A stretch of DNA of 62,151 nucleotides, filler included, from Globobulimina sp. (lineage: Eukaryota): NCBI GenBank assembly GCA_003354225.1. It is 11 parts of 11 records of this genome, joined end to end, with 100 filler letters (N's around TTAATTAATTAA, not from the genome) between each part and the next. Parts side by side here need not be neighbours in the genome. Positions count along the whole stretch, not along the records: positions 11,341 to 16,905 come from PIVH01000509.1; positions 17,006 to 22,569 come from PIVH01000510.1; 9 more parts are not named here. One strand, written 5' to 3'. A model generated the notes under the pieces. The model saw only the letters and a list, made by a program, of their open reading frames with translations, searched no databases and was not told the DNA's origin. Positions 11,514-21,712 of this stretch are shown here, piece after piece. Numbering within the stretch: position 1 is the first letter of the stretch; each line of letters begins with the position of its first letter. A program made the translations under genes and the position numbers.

Positions 11514-13253
11514 ATGAAACAGCTAAGTCTAAAGAGAAGTTTTTCTAAACTCGCATCACTGAAAAACACACTTCACCCAACCGCAGAACATCCGCCTTCC
11601 AAAAGAGCGAAAGTTCAATCGACATTCAATCGAATTAAGACAAATAAGATGAACGATGATCAACTCAACGATCAACAATCGCCTCCACCACAACAACAGG
11701 ACAATTCGCACCGATTCAAACAAGGAAAGAAATCGGTATTAGACACTTTAGGTTTATCGTGGGAGCAAATCAAAGGCATTGAAGAATGCGATGAATTAAT
11801 GATTCAATATCATAAATTGGATCGATATCAGCAAATGGTGTTATTGAATGAATTAAAGATGGATCAAGTCCGACTGATCGATAATGAGATCTTCAGTGCC
11901 TGCGAGAGGCAAAAAGAGCAACAACAACAAATCGAATCGCAGAATCAACCAATTTCGCAGCAGCAAATCCAACAATTGGCTGAACAACAAAGTCAAACCA
12001 ATGGATTGAGAGTTTAGTTTATTTTGCATTTTATATTACGATGAGGTCATACCATGAAAGTATACCACATTATGAACCAAAATATTCCTTTTTTTTACGG
12101 AATATCCCGAATAATTTAGATGGTGGCATCGGCAATGGATAAGGTTGGCGGAATGATTCAAACATTCTCCGGTGCCATATCCGCACAGACATCGAATACA
12201 AAAAAGATCACTAATTCTGTGACTATATTGAATGAGCATAAGCATAAAAACGCCGCCATGCACAAAGAAGGCATGATTGAATTATTTAAGATGGCGACAA
12301 CATTGACGACATTGGAGGGTAACTTGGAGGCCGTACAAGTAAATCGAGCGCGATGCGCAATTATAAACAAAGGAGTTAAGTGTGTCGATGAGAGGGCACC
12401 TTTTGACGAAAATGCGCCGGGATTTATACGTTTGGCTGTATTGGCCTTGGAACATACGGCGATGAGCATGACGGTGAGGGATGATTTGATAATCAGAGCC
12501 AAAACAATGACGGCAAAATTGAGGCCATTGGCACCATCGGACGAGGAAGCCATGGAAATGTTGAATTTGGTGGAGGAGCTCCGTGGGGAATTGACGCGGA
12601 GAAAGGATATGATATCCTGGCAATCATGGATGGCGGAGATGGAATTCTTTGAGATATCCGGAGCACGGCGCAAAGTGCAAAAGATATTACAAAGAGTGAT
12701 TAATAAAATTGAACAGCAAAAGGAAGAGATGAAAATGAACAATGAAGTCAGGATCAATGAATTGAAGGCATCATTGATTCGGAAGATGGAGGAAAAAGAA
12801 ATGATTTTGCCATGGAAAGAAATGACGAGATTGAGATATGATGAGATTAACAATGATAAAATCGATGAGCTATTGGCGGATTTGCAGAGAAGAAAGGCGA
12901 TTAATAAAACGCTAATCATTGGCGGCGGAAAGGCGGAAAAAACACATTCAAAGCGCTGCCAACATGACATCAAACAGAAAGGCTGTGTGGATTGGCTCTA
13001 TAATGGAAATTGCCATAAAGGATATCATGTGAATGGAGCATGCGGGCAAAACAAACATAAGCCCAATCCGCTAAAATCAAGGAAGCGACAGAGATATAAT
13101 GAGAATGCAAATGCTTATAATCAAATGTATAACAATTGGAATGCGCCACAGCCGCAATATCAGCAAAATATGAACGCTGCGCACTCAGCGCCACCATTGC
13201 CAAATGCGCAGAGATATGCCATGCCTGCAAATAATCGAAATAATAGGAATTGA
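11514..13253 (+). CDS. Gag-like ORF1 (exons 11514-12011 and 12120-13253, ~543 aa)
   Basis: Two same-frame ORFs bridged by a 108-nt GT..AG segment (12012-12119); coiled coil; Cys/His cluster CVDWLYNGNCHKGYHVNGACGQNKH. Confidence 0.72.
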
Positions 13254-13265
13254 GAGGAATTGATA

Positions 13266-15363
13266 ATGGAAATGACTGAGAGTGAGCTTGCAGATAAAGT
13301 AGTTCGTTCCGCTTAAGAAACGCATTGTTTTTCTTTGTATACAATGCACTTATTTACGGCTTGTTTTTTATTTTTCGAATTTCGTTTCTGAAACAATTGA
13401 AAAGCTATAACTAAACGTGTCCTTTTTTTTTGTATCTACACAGCAGAAAAAATACAAAAGTACGCACCCGAAAGTAGCAAACAACAGAAAAGTAAAAGGT
13501 TTTTACAAGAAGTGGGAAACCGCAAAACCTCCTAAGTCGCCACCAAAATGGAAACTGCCGACGGATAATTTTATGAAGTCATTAAATGATTTGCCAGATG
13601 GAAAAACGGGAAATTATGGACATCCCGATCATGGATTAAAGAATACAATGAAGGATTTATTGGAAAATGGAGCGACTATAACGAGCAACGAAAAGATCAA
13701 ATTGAATAAGAACGACAAAGAGGAATATCCTCTATCTATGGACCAACACATTCAGAGATGCGAAACCATTGATAAACGCATTGGAGATAAGGCGATCTGG
13801 GGACCGCATCATGAGAACAACATGCCGGAAGGATACAGGGATTACCATATAAACCCTGTGTTCTTTAAAGATGAGACCCCTTTGGGGGGCAAACGAAAAG
13901 AAAGAATGATTATCGATTGCACCAATTCATCGGAGGAGGGATTTGCGCCCAATGATAATATATTTGATTGGGAGAAATCTTGTGAGTATATCACGATATT
14001 AACCATAATACGGATGATAGTACAATGTGGCATAAAATGGATGGTTTCGGCGGATGCGCAGAATGCATTCAATCGAGTGCCAATTGGCAATAAATTTATA
14101 CGTTGGTTTGGCATAAAAATTGGAGTTTGGATCTTTTTATGGACTGCATTGGTATTTGGAGGAGGATCGAGTTGCAATATCTATACAATATTTGCATCCT
14201 CAGTGGCATGGATTATTGCAAATACATATCAGCACATATTTTATATTGGAGATAAATGTATTTTACGCAATTATTTGGACGATTTCTTTGCTGGACACAA
14301 GACAGAAACAAAATGTTGGCAGCAGTATTATGCTATAAAATGGATGTTTAAATGGCTCGGCATACCAACACAGGAACGAAAGCTGATGACGCCAACACAG
14401 ATAATGATTTGGATTGGGTTTATAATTAATTTGATAACGCAAACATTGGCGATACCGATGGTAAAGATAAAGAAGACTGTTTTAAAGGGGACAGTGCTGT
14501 TGGTCGCGCATAGAAAGAAGGAAGAGGTGAATGCAAAGCAGATATCACAATATATCGGGATTGCACGCCATATCTCATACGTGCACTATTATATTATCCC
14601 AGCACTAAGGAGATTGGAAGAGGCGGTATCTGGAAAAGAACCGACCGACAAAATAAAAATCACAGTGGAAATGGCAAGGGATATTGAAATGGTGATTGAA
14701 CCAATAAAAGACAGCCAAAACAACAGCATAAAGTTTAAATGGTTGCTGTATGACAAAGCCGCTGCGGACATAACAATTGAGACTGACGCAGCGGGAAAGT
14801 TAGGAATTGGCGGAATTGAAATGAAAAGCGATGGTTTTTACTATGGAGTGATGTATAGAGAGTTATTCGAATGGAATGAATGGAACTCGCCGGACATTGT
14901 CTATTTAGAATTGATGGCAATATATGTAATGCTTAATATGAACCCGGCACAGTGGACGGGCAAAGCATTGCTATTATTATGTGACAACAAAGCGGTCTGC
15001 GCAATAATTGCAAAGAAATGCGCCTGTTTTTACCGCAAAGATTTGCAGGAATTGGTAAGAAGGATTTGTAGAACCTGCAACAACTACGGATTCTATATAT
15101 GGATTAATTGGATCTCCACTGTGATGAATCCAAGATCTGATGGACTGTCGAGAGGAAAGAAGGATGCTTTAAAGACATGTGACAACGATTGGAATTTAAC
15201 AAATAAAAGTAAGGATGCAATTATATGGGCAAATGAAGCAATGAGAATATATAAGGAAGCACGAAAGAGAATGCCTAATTTGAAAGGCAAACAAAAGAAG
15301 TGTTCCTGCAAAAACGAACTGAATTGTAAACAACAACCGATTTATCCAAAGTGGCTATCTTGA
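13266..15363 (+). CDS. Reverse transcriptase + RNase H (probable mini-exon from 13266, intron ~13299/13302-13443)
   Basis: RMIIDC, SADAQNAFNRVP, LVFGGGSSCNIY, NYLDDFF, WIGFII; RNase H motifs IETDAA, LELMAI, CDNKAV, NPRSDGLSR. The start and intron are inferred. Confidence 0.93.
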
Positions 15364-15505
15364 CGGCCATACCATTGATAAATGTAATATTAATATATTT
15401 AAATATATATTCTGTTTCCGCCAAAGTTGAAACACTTTCCCAGCTTTTTAAAGAAGTTACACTCAAAAACTTTTTTTTCTAACAAACAAAAACTGCTTTT
15501 TTAAG

Positions 15506-16555
15506 ATGAACAGAAACTTTCAACCACGAAAGATTACGAAACAACAATTCAGGCAAAGAAGAGCAGAGAATTGGAAATTTCGACACGCTTCGAATACAAA
15601 TGAACAGTATGGATCAATCGAAAGATACTGGTTAATATTTAATAAAATACATCAGCGACACATAAATGATTTCAGCGAAGACAATATCATCGACTATATG
15701 ATATGGAACAAAATATGCAAAAAGAAATTTGGATGGACTGCAATCCATTCGCATCAGTTTGGAATTCGTGATCTGGCGCTAAAATATAACAAAATTATCA
15801 AAGTAACAAAGGCCGACATGCCTAACCTTTATAATTATAAAATTGCCGAAAAACGGCAAAATCCCGGAAAGGGCGGATCAGCGGCGATCAGTGAACATAT
15901 GATAGCAAAATGGATACAGATATTGGAAAATGATAAAAATATGGACAAAGTCACAAAATTATCTTGGATTGGGGCCATAAGTATGGCCTTTACAGAAATA
16001 AAAAGAATAAGCGAATATACAATAGAAATGAATATGGACAGCAATGTAAGATACAAAAACATGGAATTTGAAAACAATTTGAATACAAAGGAATGGAGCA
16101 AATCAACATACATCATTTGGACGAGAGAAACTGGCAAAACACACCAGTTTAACACAGAAAACAACAAATTGCAGTCAGCAATTATCTGTCAATGCAAATC
16201 AGATTGTAAGATATGTACAAAATGTACATTAATGAAATTAACGGCAGAAAGAATGAAAACAAGTTCGCAAATTAAGCAAAGTGATTACATATTTACCAGC
16301 AAAGGGAAACCAATAAATAAGTATATGATTGGTACCAAGCTCAAGGAGTTATGCATTGAAACTGGACTGGATCCGACAAAGCATACACCCCACGGATTAA
16401 GAAAAGGTGGCACACAAAAGGCCATAGCCGATGGGGTACCACTACCACAAATACAGAAACAAGCAGATTGGAGTGGACCTGCAATGATATTCAGATACAA
16501 TAATAACGTGAATATACAAAAACAAATACAAATCATGAAACAAGTATATAAATAA
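15506..16555 (+). CDS. Tyrosine recombinase of the retroelement
   Basis: Catalytic set R (KRISEY), H-x-x-R (HGLRKGG), W (ADWS), Y (IFRY); Cys cluster CQCKSDCKICTKC. Confidence 0.93.
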   Translation: MNRNFQPRKITKQQFRQRRAENWKFRHASNTNEQYGSIERYWLIFNKIHQRHINDFSEDNIIDYMIWNKICKKKFGWTAIHSHQFGIRDLALKYNKIIKVTKADMPNLYNYKIAEKRQNPGKGGSAAISEHMIAKWIQILENDKNMDKVTKLSWIGAISMAFTEIKRISEYTIEMNMDSNVRYKNMEFENNLNTKEWSKSTYIIWTRETGKTHQFNTENNKLQSAIICQCKSDCKICTKCTLMKLTAERMKTSSQIKQSDYIFTSKGKPINKYMIGTKLKELCIETGLDPTKHTPHGLRKGGTQKAIADGVPLPQIQKQADWSGPAMIFRYNNNVNIQKQIQIMKQVYK

Positions 16556-16619
16556 AGCCATAATGTAATCAATTCAAATTATTTAATTCACAAACTCACA
16601 ATAAAGATTAAACACATAC

Positions 16620-16905
16620 GGGAACGATTGGTACTTATTACGAAAACTAGGGAATATATAACGAATGGTATATGAAGTGTTTCTGGGACAATCCGTAAAT
16701 ACCATAATAATCCCAGTAACACCGAAGTACCCTACCTAGTTAATACCAATCGTCCCAAACAATATATATAGGTATCGACAAATATAATACGGAGTTATAT
16801 GGAACTAAAGGGATATAACTCTAGTTATATAGGAGATACCTACTCAATGATGGACTAGATAATATAATCGCAGATATATGGCAATTATGATTGACGTCAT
16901 AGATC
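16620..16905 (+). ncRNA. Putative structured cis-acting RNA/ssDNA region of the retroelement (continues at 11460-11510)
   Basis: Nested complementary pairs 16620-33/16744-56, 16645-51/16735-41, 16677-88/16711-22, 16769-76/16835-42, 16792-800/16813-21. Confidence 0.6.
16787..16905 (+). repeat. 119-bp terminal direct repeat, copy 2
   Basis: Identical to 11341-11459. Confidence 0.97.
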
Positions 16906-17409
16906 NNNNNNNNNNNNNNNNNNNNNNNNNNNNNNNNNNNNNNNNNNNNTTAATTAATTAANNNNNNNNNNNNNNNNNNNNNNNNNNNNNNNNNNNNNNN
17001 NNNNNTCAAATTTTCAAAGTTCTTAAAATATACTTCGGTGTTTCATGTTTCTATTTATATTCGATGATAAATATTTAAAATTCGATGATAAATATTTCAA
17101 AAAAAAAAGTGGCAAATGAACTAAAACATAAATTATAAATTATTATAAAATATAAACTAAAGCATAATTAAACAGTCTATCTATGAATACATATATCAAT
17201 ATGTATAATGTATTGCAGGTTTGTCTATAACAATAACCAAACAAAATATATAAGTTCAAAATTAAAAAATGAAAGAAAATAGAAATAATAAATATAAATT
17301 TGTAACAAATTGACACAGAAAAGGGACACAACACAAATCACAAATCATTTGTAGCTAATAATAATTCACAACATGCAAAAATATACAAAATAAAATACAA
17401 TAAAACATT

Positions 17410-19647
17410 TTAGCGCGTTGCAAATTTATGGATGACATTTTTCAATTTAGTCTGCTTATTAAATGGAGCGTTTTTCAATTGTTCCTTCAGCCAATGCATC
17501 GATTTTAAATCAGATTCGTCGATTCTTAGCCGCTTCGTCATATGTTTCCGAATGATTTTATATGGATAAATATAGGAAAACGCTAAACATGCAAAGTTAA
17601 TTAGTTCCTGATGGTGATGGCGTAGGTCAATAAATGCATTGCATGCCAACTCAATAAATTTATCATAGTTCTCCTTCCCCAAAATCTGATAAAACTTGCG
17701 CGTAATTCCAAACTTGTTCGCATCCAAACCATTGATAGTCTCACCCATCACATAATTCATATCAATATGAAACAGGGTGCAGTCCGTGGTCCGTATTAGA
17801 ATATTATCAAAATGGCGATCGCGCACACCCATTATATATGAGGCTATATAGGAGCCCGCAGCTGAATGTATCAAATTATTTAGCAATTTATCCGTTGCAT
17901 AAACATCGTCTCGCAACGACAATATATCCCGCAATGGGATGCAATCGGAGATCAATTCAATTGCGCCAATATCCTTACTCATTGGTATAACTTTATAGGT
18001 CAATATCTTCACTCCATTCAACTTGGCCTTGCTGCTATTTATAAATAAATGATTGATCCATTTAAATACCAACATACAACTTTTATCTTTGCGTAGATCG
18101 TCGCCGCATTTTAGGATGAAAGTGGACAATTTCGTGTCATTTAAGGCAGTACAGCTTAATAATAATGGTTTGCTGTTGGAATTTATCACTTTGTGGATAC
18201 AAACTCGATGTATCGGGGACGTTAATTGTTTGACTGGGTCTCGCAAAATCCGGTTCCGTGGCACAATGAACGAGTCATTTTCTTTGATCTTTTTAGACGC
18301 TACTAATTCGTACCAAAAATCGGCCGCATTAATATGCCCAAAAGAAATGCCGCCAAACACAGATTGCACACAGTCGATGTCGTCATAAGATTGCAGCAAA
18401 AACCAGACGGCCTGTCGTAGATCAGACTGACCAACAATTCTATCGCGCAATTTATTCAATAATTTCTCTCGCCAGTCAATAATATCATTTTTACACAATG
18501 CAAATGCAATTAACGGCAAAAAATGGCATAAAACATCACATCGGGCATTGATTATGGTATTAATCACATCATCTGTATAATCGCTCTGGTTATGGTTATG
18601 CTTCAAGATCTCCAACAGAATGGACTCGTGCTTTTGCACGGACTCTTCGTGCATTTTCAATGCAGGCAGGCACTGCTTTCGCTTTTTGTTTTTGCTTTTA
18701 AGGGTTATGCCTAATACGCTGTGTAACTCAGCGTACAGCGAAGAGGCAAAGGAGAAGTTTGTTGTCATGCAAGTTGTGCCGCCATGGTCAGTCAAGCTGT
18801 TTTTGGGTTTACTGTTTTTTGCATTTAGTTTATGTTCTTCCGCAGGCAACTTGTACAATTCTATTTGTCTCGGTAACGAAATGTTGATCTTTTTGTTAAG
18901 TGCAGCAAACAAAAGACGTGATTTTGGCGATTTTTTTGGAGATTTCTTTGGTGATATACTGGGTGACAGTGATATTGGTGATATGCTTGGTGTTGGTGAC
19001 GGTGACATACGCGGTGATGGTGACATATGCGGCGAATGTACGGGACTCGTCACACTCTGTTCCATTCTGAATGCATTGGCAGGCGGCGGCTGATATGCAT
19101 AGGCCGTTGGCGGTGAACATGGGGGCAAAGGCGGTGTATTTGCACTAACTTGACCTGGATTGCTATCATTACGTTTTGGAGGACTTGGAGCTAAGAGGAA
19201 ATTTGATAGTGTTCGAGTTTTTGGTCGTGATCTTCTTCTGTTGCTATTGGGTGACAATGGACTAAATGGAACATTTCGCATCATCGATCTTGATCGCTTA
19301 ATGTGACCTTTTTGTTTTTTCGGAGCAGATGGTTTTTTTCTACGTTTGATGTTGGGGATTAATTTGGGTCTGGATCTGCTGCGTTGCGGTGGCTTGGGGA
19401 TGGATATATTTGTTATATTTAATACGGATGACGTTTTTGGTGGCTTTATTATGGTTTTTCTTGTTGAAGTGGTTGTATTTCGAATGATTGGTTTTGGGGT
19501 TAAACATAATTCGCAAGTATGTGCATCGCATTCGTTACAATATGTGCATACAACACATGGCCATGTTAACTTTTCATCAGTTGGTACATTAGATTTTTGA
19601 TTGAAAATGTTTTGATCAATGGATGGAAATGATGCTGCCATTAACAC
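17410..19647 (-). CDS. PI3/PI4-kinase-family protein with N-terminal RanBP2-type zinc finger and Pro/Ser-rich linker
   Basis: WPCVVCTYCN..CELC; SNSKPL, FILKCGDDLRKD, GVRDRHFDNIL, LFHIDMN. Confidence 0.9.
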   Translation of the reverse strand: MLMAASFPSIDQNIFNQKSNVPTDEKLTWPCVVCTYCNECDAHTCELCLTPKPIIRNTTTSTRKTIIKPPKTSSVLNITNISIPKPPQRSRSRPKLIPNIKRRKKPSAPKKQKGHIKRSRSMMRNVPFSPLSPNSNRRRSRPKTRTLSNFLLAPSPPKRNDSNPGQVSANTPPLPPCSPPTAYAYQPPPANAFRMEQSVTSPVHSPHMSPSPRMSPSPTPSISPISLSPSISPKKSPKKSPKSRLLFAALNKKINISLPRQIELYKLPAEEHKLNAKNSKPKNSLTDHGGTTCMTTNFSFASSLYAELHSVLGITLKSKNKKRKQCLPALKMHEESVQKHESILLEILKHNHNQSDYTDDVINTIINARCDVLCHFLPLIAFALCKNDIIDWREKLLNKLRDRIVGQSDLRQAVWFLLQSYDDIDCVQSVFGGISFGHINAADFWYELVASKKIKENDSFIVPRNRILRDPVKQLTSPIHRVCIHKVINSNSKPLLLSCTALNDTKLSTFILKCGDDLRKDKSCMLVFKWINHLFINSSKAKLNGVKILTYKVIPMSKDIGAIELISDCIPLRDILSLRDDVYATDKLLNNLIHSAAGSYIASYIMGVRDRHFDNILIRTTDCTLFHIDMNYVMGETINGLDANKFGITRKFYQILGKENYDKFIELACNAFIDLRHHHQELINFACLAFSYIYPYKIIRKHMTKRLRIDESDLKSMHWLKEQLKNAPFNKQTKLKNVIHKFATR

Positions 19648-19692
19648 TGCAAGTCAAGGAGGTCCATTTCTGAAATGTGAAAAACTTTTATT

Positions 19693-21612
19693 TTGAATAT
19701 AACGTTGCTGGCTATTTTCTTAACAATGTCGCAAAAGAATTCAATTATCAATGTCTCAGTAATAGATGCAACTGACATATATGATGATGATGATGATGGG
19801 GTAACGTCAGATAGCAGTCTTGATAACATTAGTAATCAAATACATGCCGAAAGACTTCCAATGTCTGAAGCAAAACCATTGCCTGCAGAAATAGTACATA
19901 TTGAGATACTTGAAGCGCACAATAATAATATTCCAAAGGCAAGACATGAACGAATTGTGTCAGCATTTCAAGAATCTCCAGGCCAACCTGCTCAACGGCG
20001 GCGGCTTGAAAATGTCCAGCAAAATAATAATGACAACAGCTCAGATTCAGAGGAATTATTTGCGTTAAATGAGCATGAGGAGAAAAATTGTTTGCTACAA
20101 ACACCAGGTTCCGGATATGTAGATAAAAAAAATAAAACCATGCATATAATGAAAGATATTGAGAAAAAAATTAAAATCACACAATCAAAAACGATGGAAG
20201 TCACTCAGTTGTTTCAAAATGTGGAAAACGAACAATTTTTATTAGAACAAGAAATTGAAAACAAATTCCAAGAGCTCTCAAATAAATTATATCAACAAAA
20301 ACAAATGTTATTAGCGGATGTTTTTAAATTCATAAGCGAGAAAACGATAATTTTAAATACAAAGATTGAGTCATTATGCACGTTCCAAACGACTTTGAAT
20401 GGCTATAAGATGAATATCACACAAAACTGCGGTGATATTGAAGAAATACATGAAGAGTGTACTAAAAAATTTGTGTATACGGTGGAGAAAACACTCGCGG
20501 GAATACCCGACATTAAATTGGATATAAAGCAAGAAAACGAGAATATTTTGTTGCATAATATTTCTTCATTTGGAGAGATAATAAATGATGTAAATATAAC
20601 TGATGTGATGCGGCTAAAACCGACCTTGAATATGGTGACAAACAATGGCAAAGATAATATTGTTGGCATATCATGGAAATTGACAGAGAGCAGTTTCATT
20701 GGAATTGATATGGATTTAGTCTCAAATATTAAGTTTGAATGGTTGCAAATTGACGAATTTAAGGAAGATGATGAAATCAAAGAAGATTATGATCTGAGTT
20801 TAAATGAAAATGAAATTGAGGCGAAAGTGGATGAATACATACAAAATAATGATGTGATTGCGTCAAAGAAATGGAGTTCAAAATCGTTTTTAATGAATGT
20901 GGACTCGATTGGGAATAATTGGAATAATAATTATTTCCATGAGATCAACACGAGACGACAGGGCCTATTTATTATACGTTTGAAATTGATCGCGAATCAT
21001 AAAGATAATTTTGTGCTGAGTTCAATGCAATTTCTCAAAATATTTCGCAAGAAATTTAATTATATTTGTGATGTATGGGACCATTCAACAAAGAATAATG
21101 AATTAAAAATCGGTGTGTTTAATAAGCAAATATTGTCGCGATCAGTGCCTGGAAATTGGAAGAATTGTTTTGGCCGTTTTTCTATACAAAATGGTGTCAA
21201 TATTTGGACGTTAAAAATTAAGAAAAAAGATAAAGATCGAAAATTTGTATCGGTGATGTTTGGGATTATTGCAAATGAAAATGCGTCAAAGAAGCAAGTT
21301 GGTGGTTGCTTTGCGTACGGTAATGGTTATGGGAAGGATGGATTTGGTTTTTATGCTGCAAATGGCTGTATTTACAATACAAGCAAATATGGACAACCTT
21401 ACATTGAAAATTATGTGTTTAAAAATAATGATGTTATTTCAATTATTGTTGATTATTATAAAGGTACATTGGTATTTGATATAAATAATTGTAACAACAA
21501 CAATAACTCAAGAAATAAACCACAAATCGCATTTTATATCGATAGAAAAAAACATTACAAGTTAGCGGTGTCCATGAGAGGATGCGATGAAATACAATTG
21601 ATTCACGTGTAA
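19693..21612 (+). CDS. Coiled-coil + C-terminal SPRY/B30.2-like protein
   Basis: Heptad-rich region; C-terminal WTLKI..VMFGII..GFYAANG..DVISIIVD..GTLVFDIN..YKLAVSM; true start may be the ATG near 19726. Confidence 0.72.
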   Translation: MNITLLAIFLTMSQKNSIINVSVIDATDIYDDDDDGVTSDSSLDNISNQIHAERLPMSEAKPLPAEIVHIEILEAHNNNIPKARHERIVSAFQESPGQPAQRRRLENVQQNNNDNSSDSEELFALNEHEEKNCLLQTPGSGYVDKKNKTMHIMKDIEKKIKITQSKTMEVTQLFQNVENEQFLLEQEIENKFQELSNKLYQQKQMLLADVFKFISEKTIILNTKIESLCTFQTTLNGYKMNITQNCGDIEEIHEECTKKFVYTVEKTLAGIPDIKLDIKQENENILLHNISSFGEIINDVNITDVMRLKPTLNMVTNNGKDNIVGISWKLTESSFIGIDMDLVSNIKFEWLQIDEFKEDDEIKEDYDLSLNENEIEAKVDEYIQNNDVIASKKWSSKSFLMNVDSIGNNWNNNYFHEINTRRQGLFIIRLKLIANHKDNFVLSSMQFLKIFRKKFNYICDVWDHSTKNNELKIGVFNKQILSRSVPGNWKNCFGRFSIQNGVNIWTLKIKKKDKDRKFVSVMFGIIANENASKKQVGGCFAYGNGYGKDGFGFYAANGCIYNTSKYGQPYIENYVFKNNDVISIIVDYYKGTLVFDINNCNNNNNSRNKPQIAFYIDRKKHYKLAVSMRGCDEIQLIHV

Positions 21613-21712
21613 ATAATATGTTGTTTGTTAAACTTAAAATGTGTAATTGCGAGGATTAGCAGTAAGTTTTGGAACAAAATCTCTCAGAAAATACTATTTT
21701 TATTAAAATAAC

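Larger units (their letters stand above)
11341..16905 (+). mobile_element. Tyrosine-recombinase (DIRS-order, PAT/Ngaro-like) retrotransposon, apparently full length
   Basis: gag-like, RT-RNaseH and YR ORFs in the same orientation; 119-bp identical direct repeat at both contig ends; no DDE integrase or protease motif. Confidence 0.93.

Noticed and set aside
12158-12973. 271-aa antisense ORF and other shadow ORFs (e.g. 826-1425, 18620-19093, 31445-31915)
   Set aside because: They lie opposite well-supported genes and have no motifs; explained by codon bias
13417-16555. RT + integrase + structured RNA read as a bacterial retron, DGR or prophage module
   Set aside because: The RT is fused to a DIRS-type RNase H, a gag-like ORF and introns are present, and the context is eukaryotic
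16660-16735. Hammerhead ribozyme
   Set aside because: No CUGANGA and GAAA core in the required arrangement (the sequence has UAUGAAG and CGAAG)
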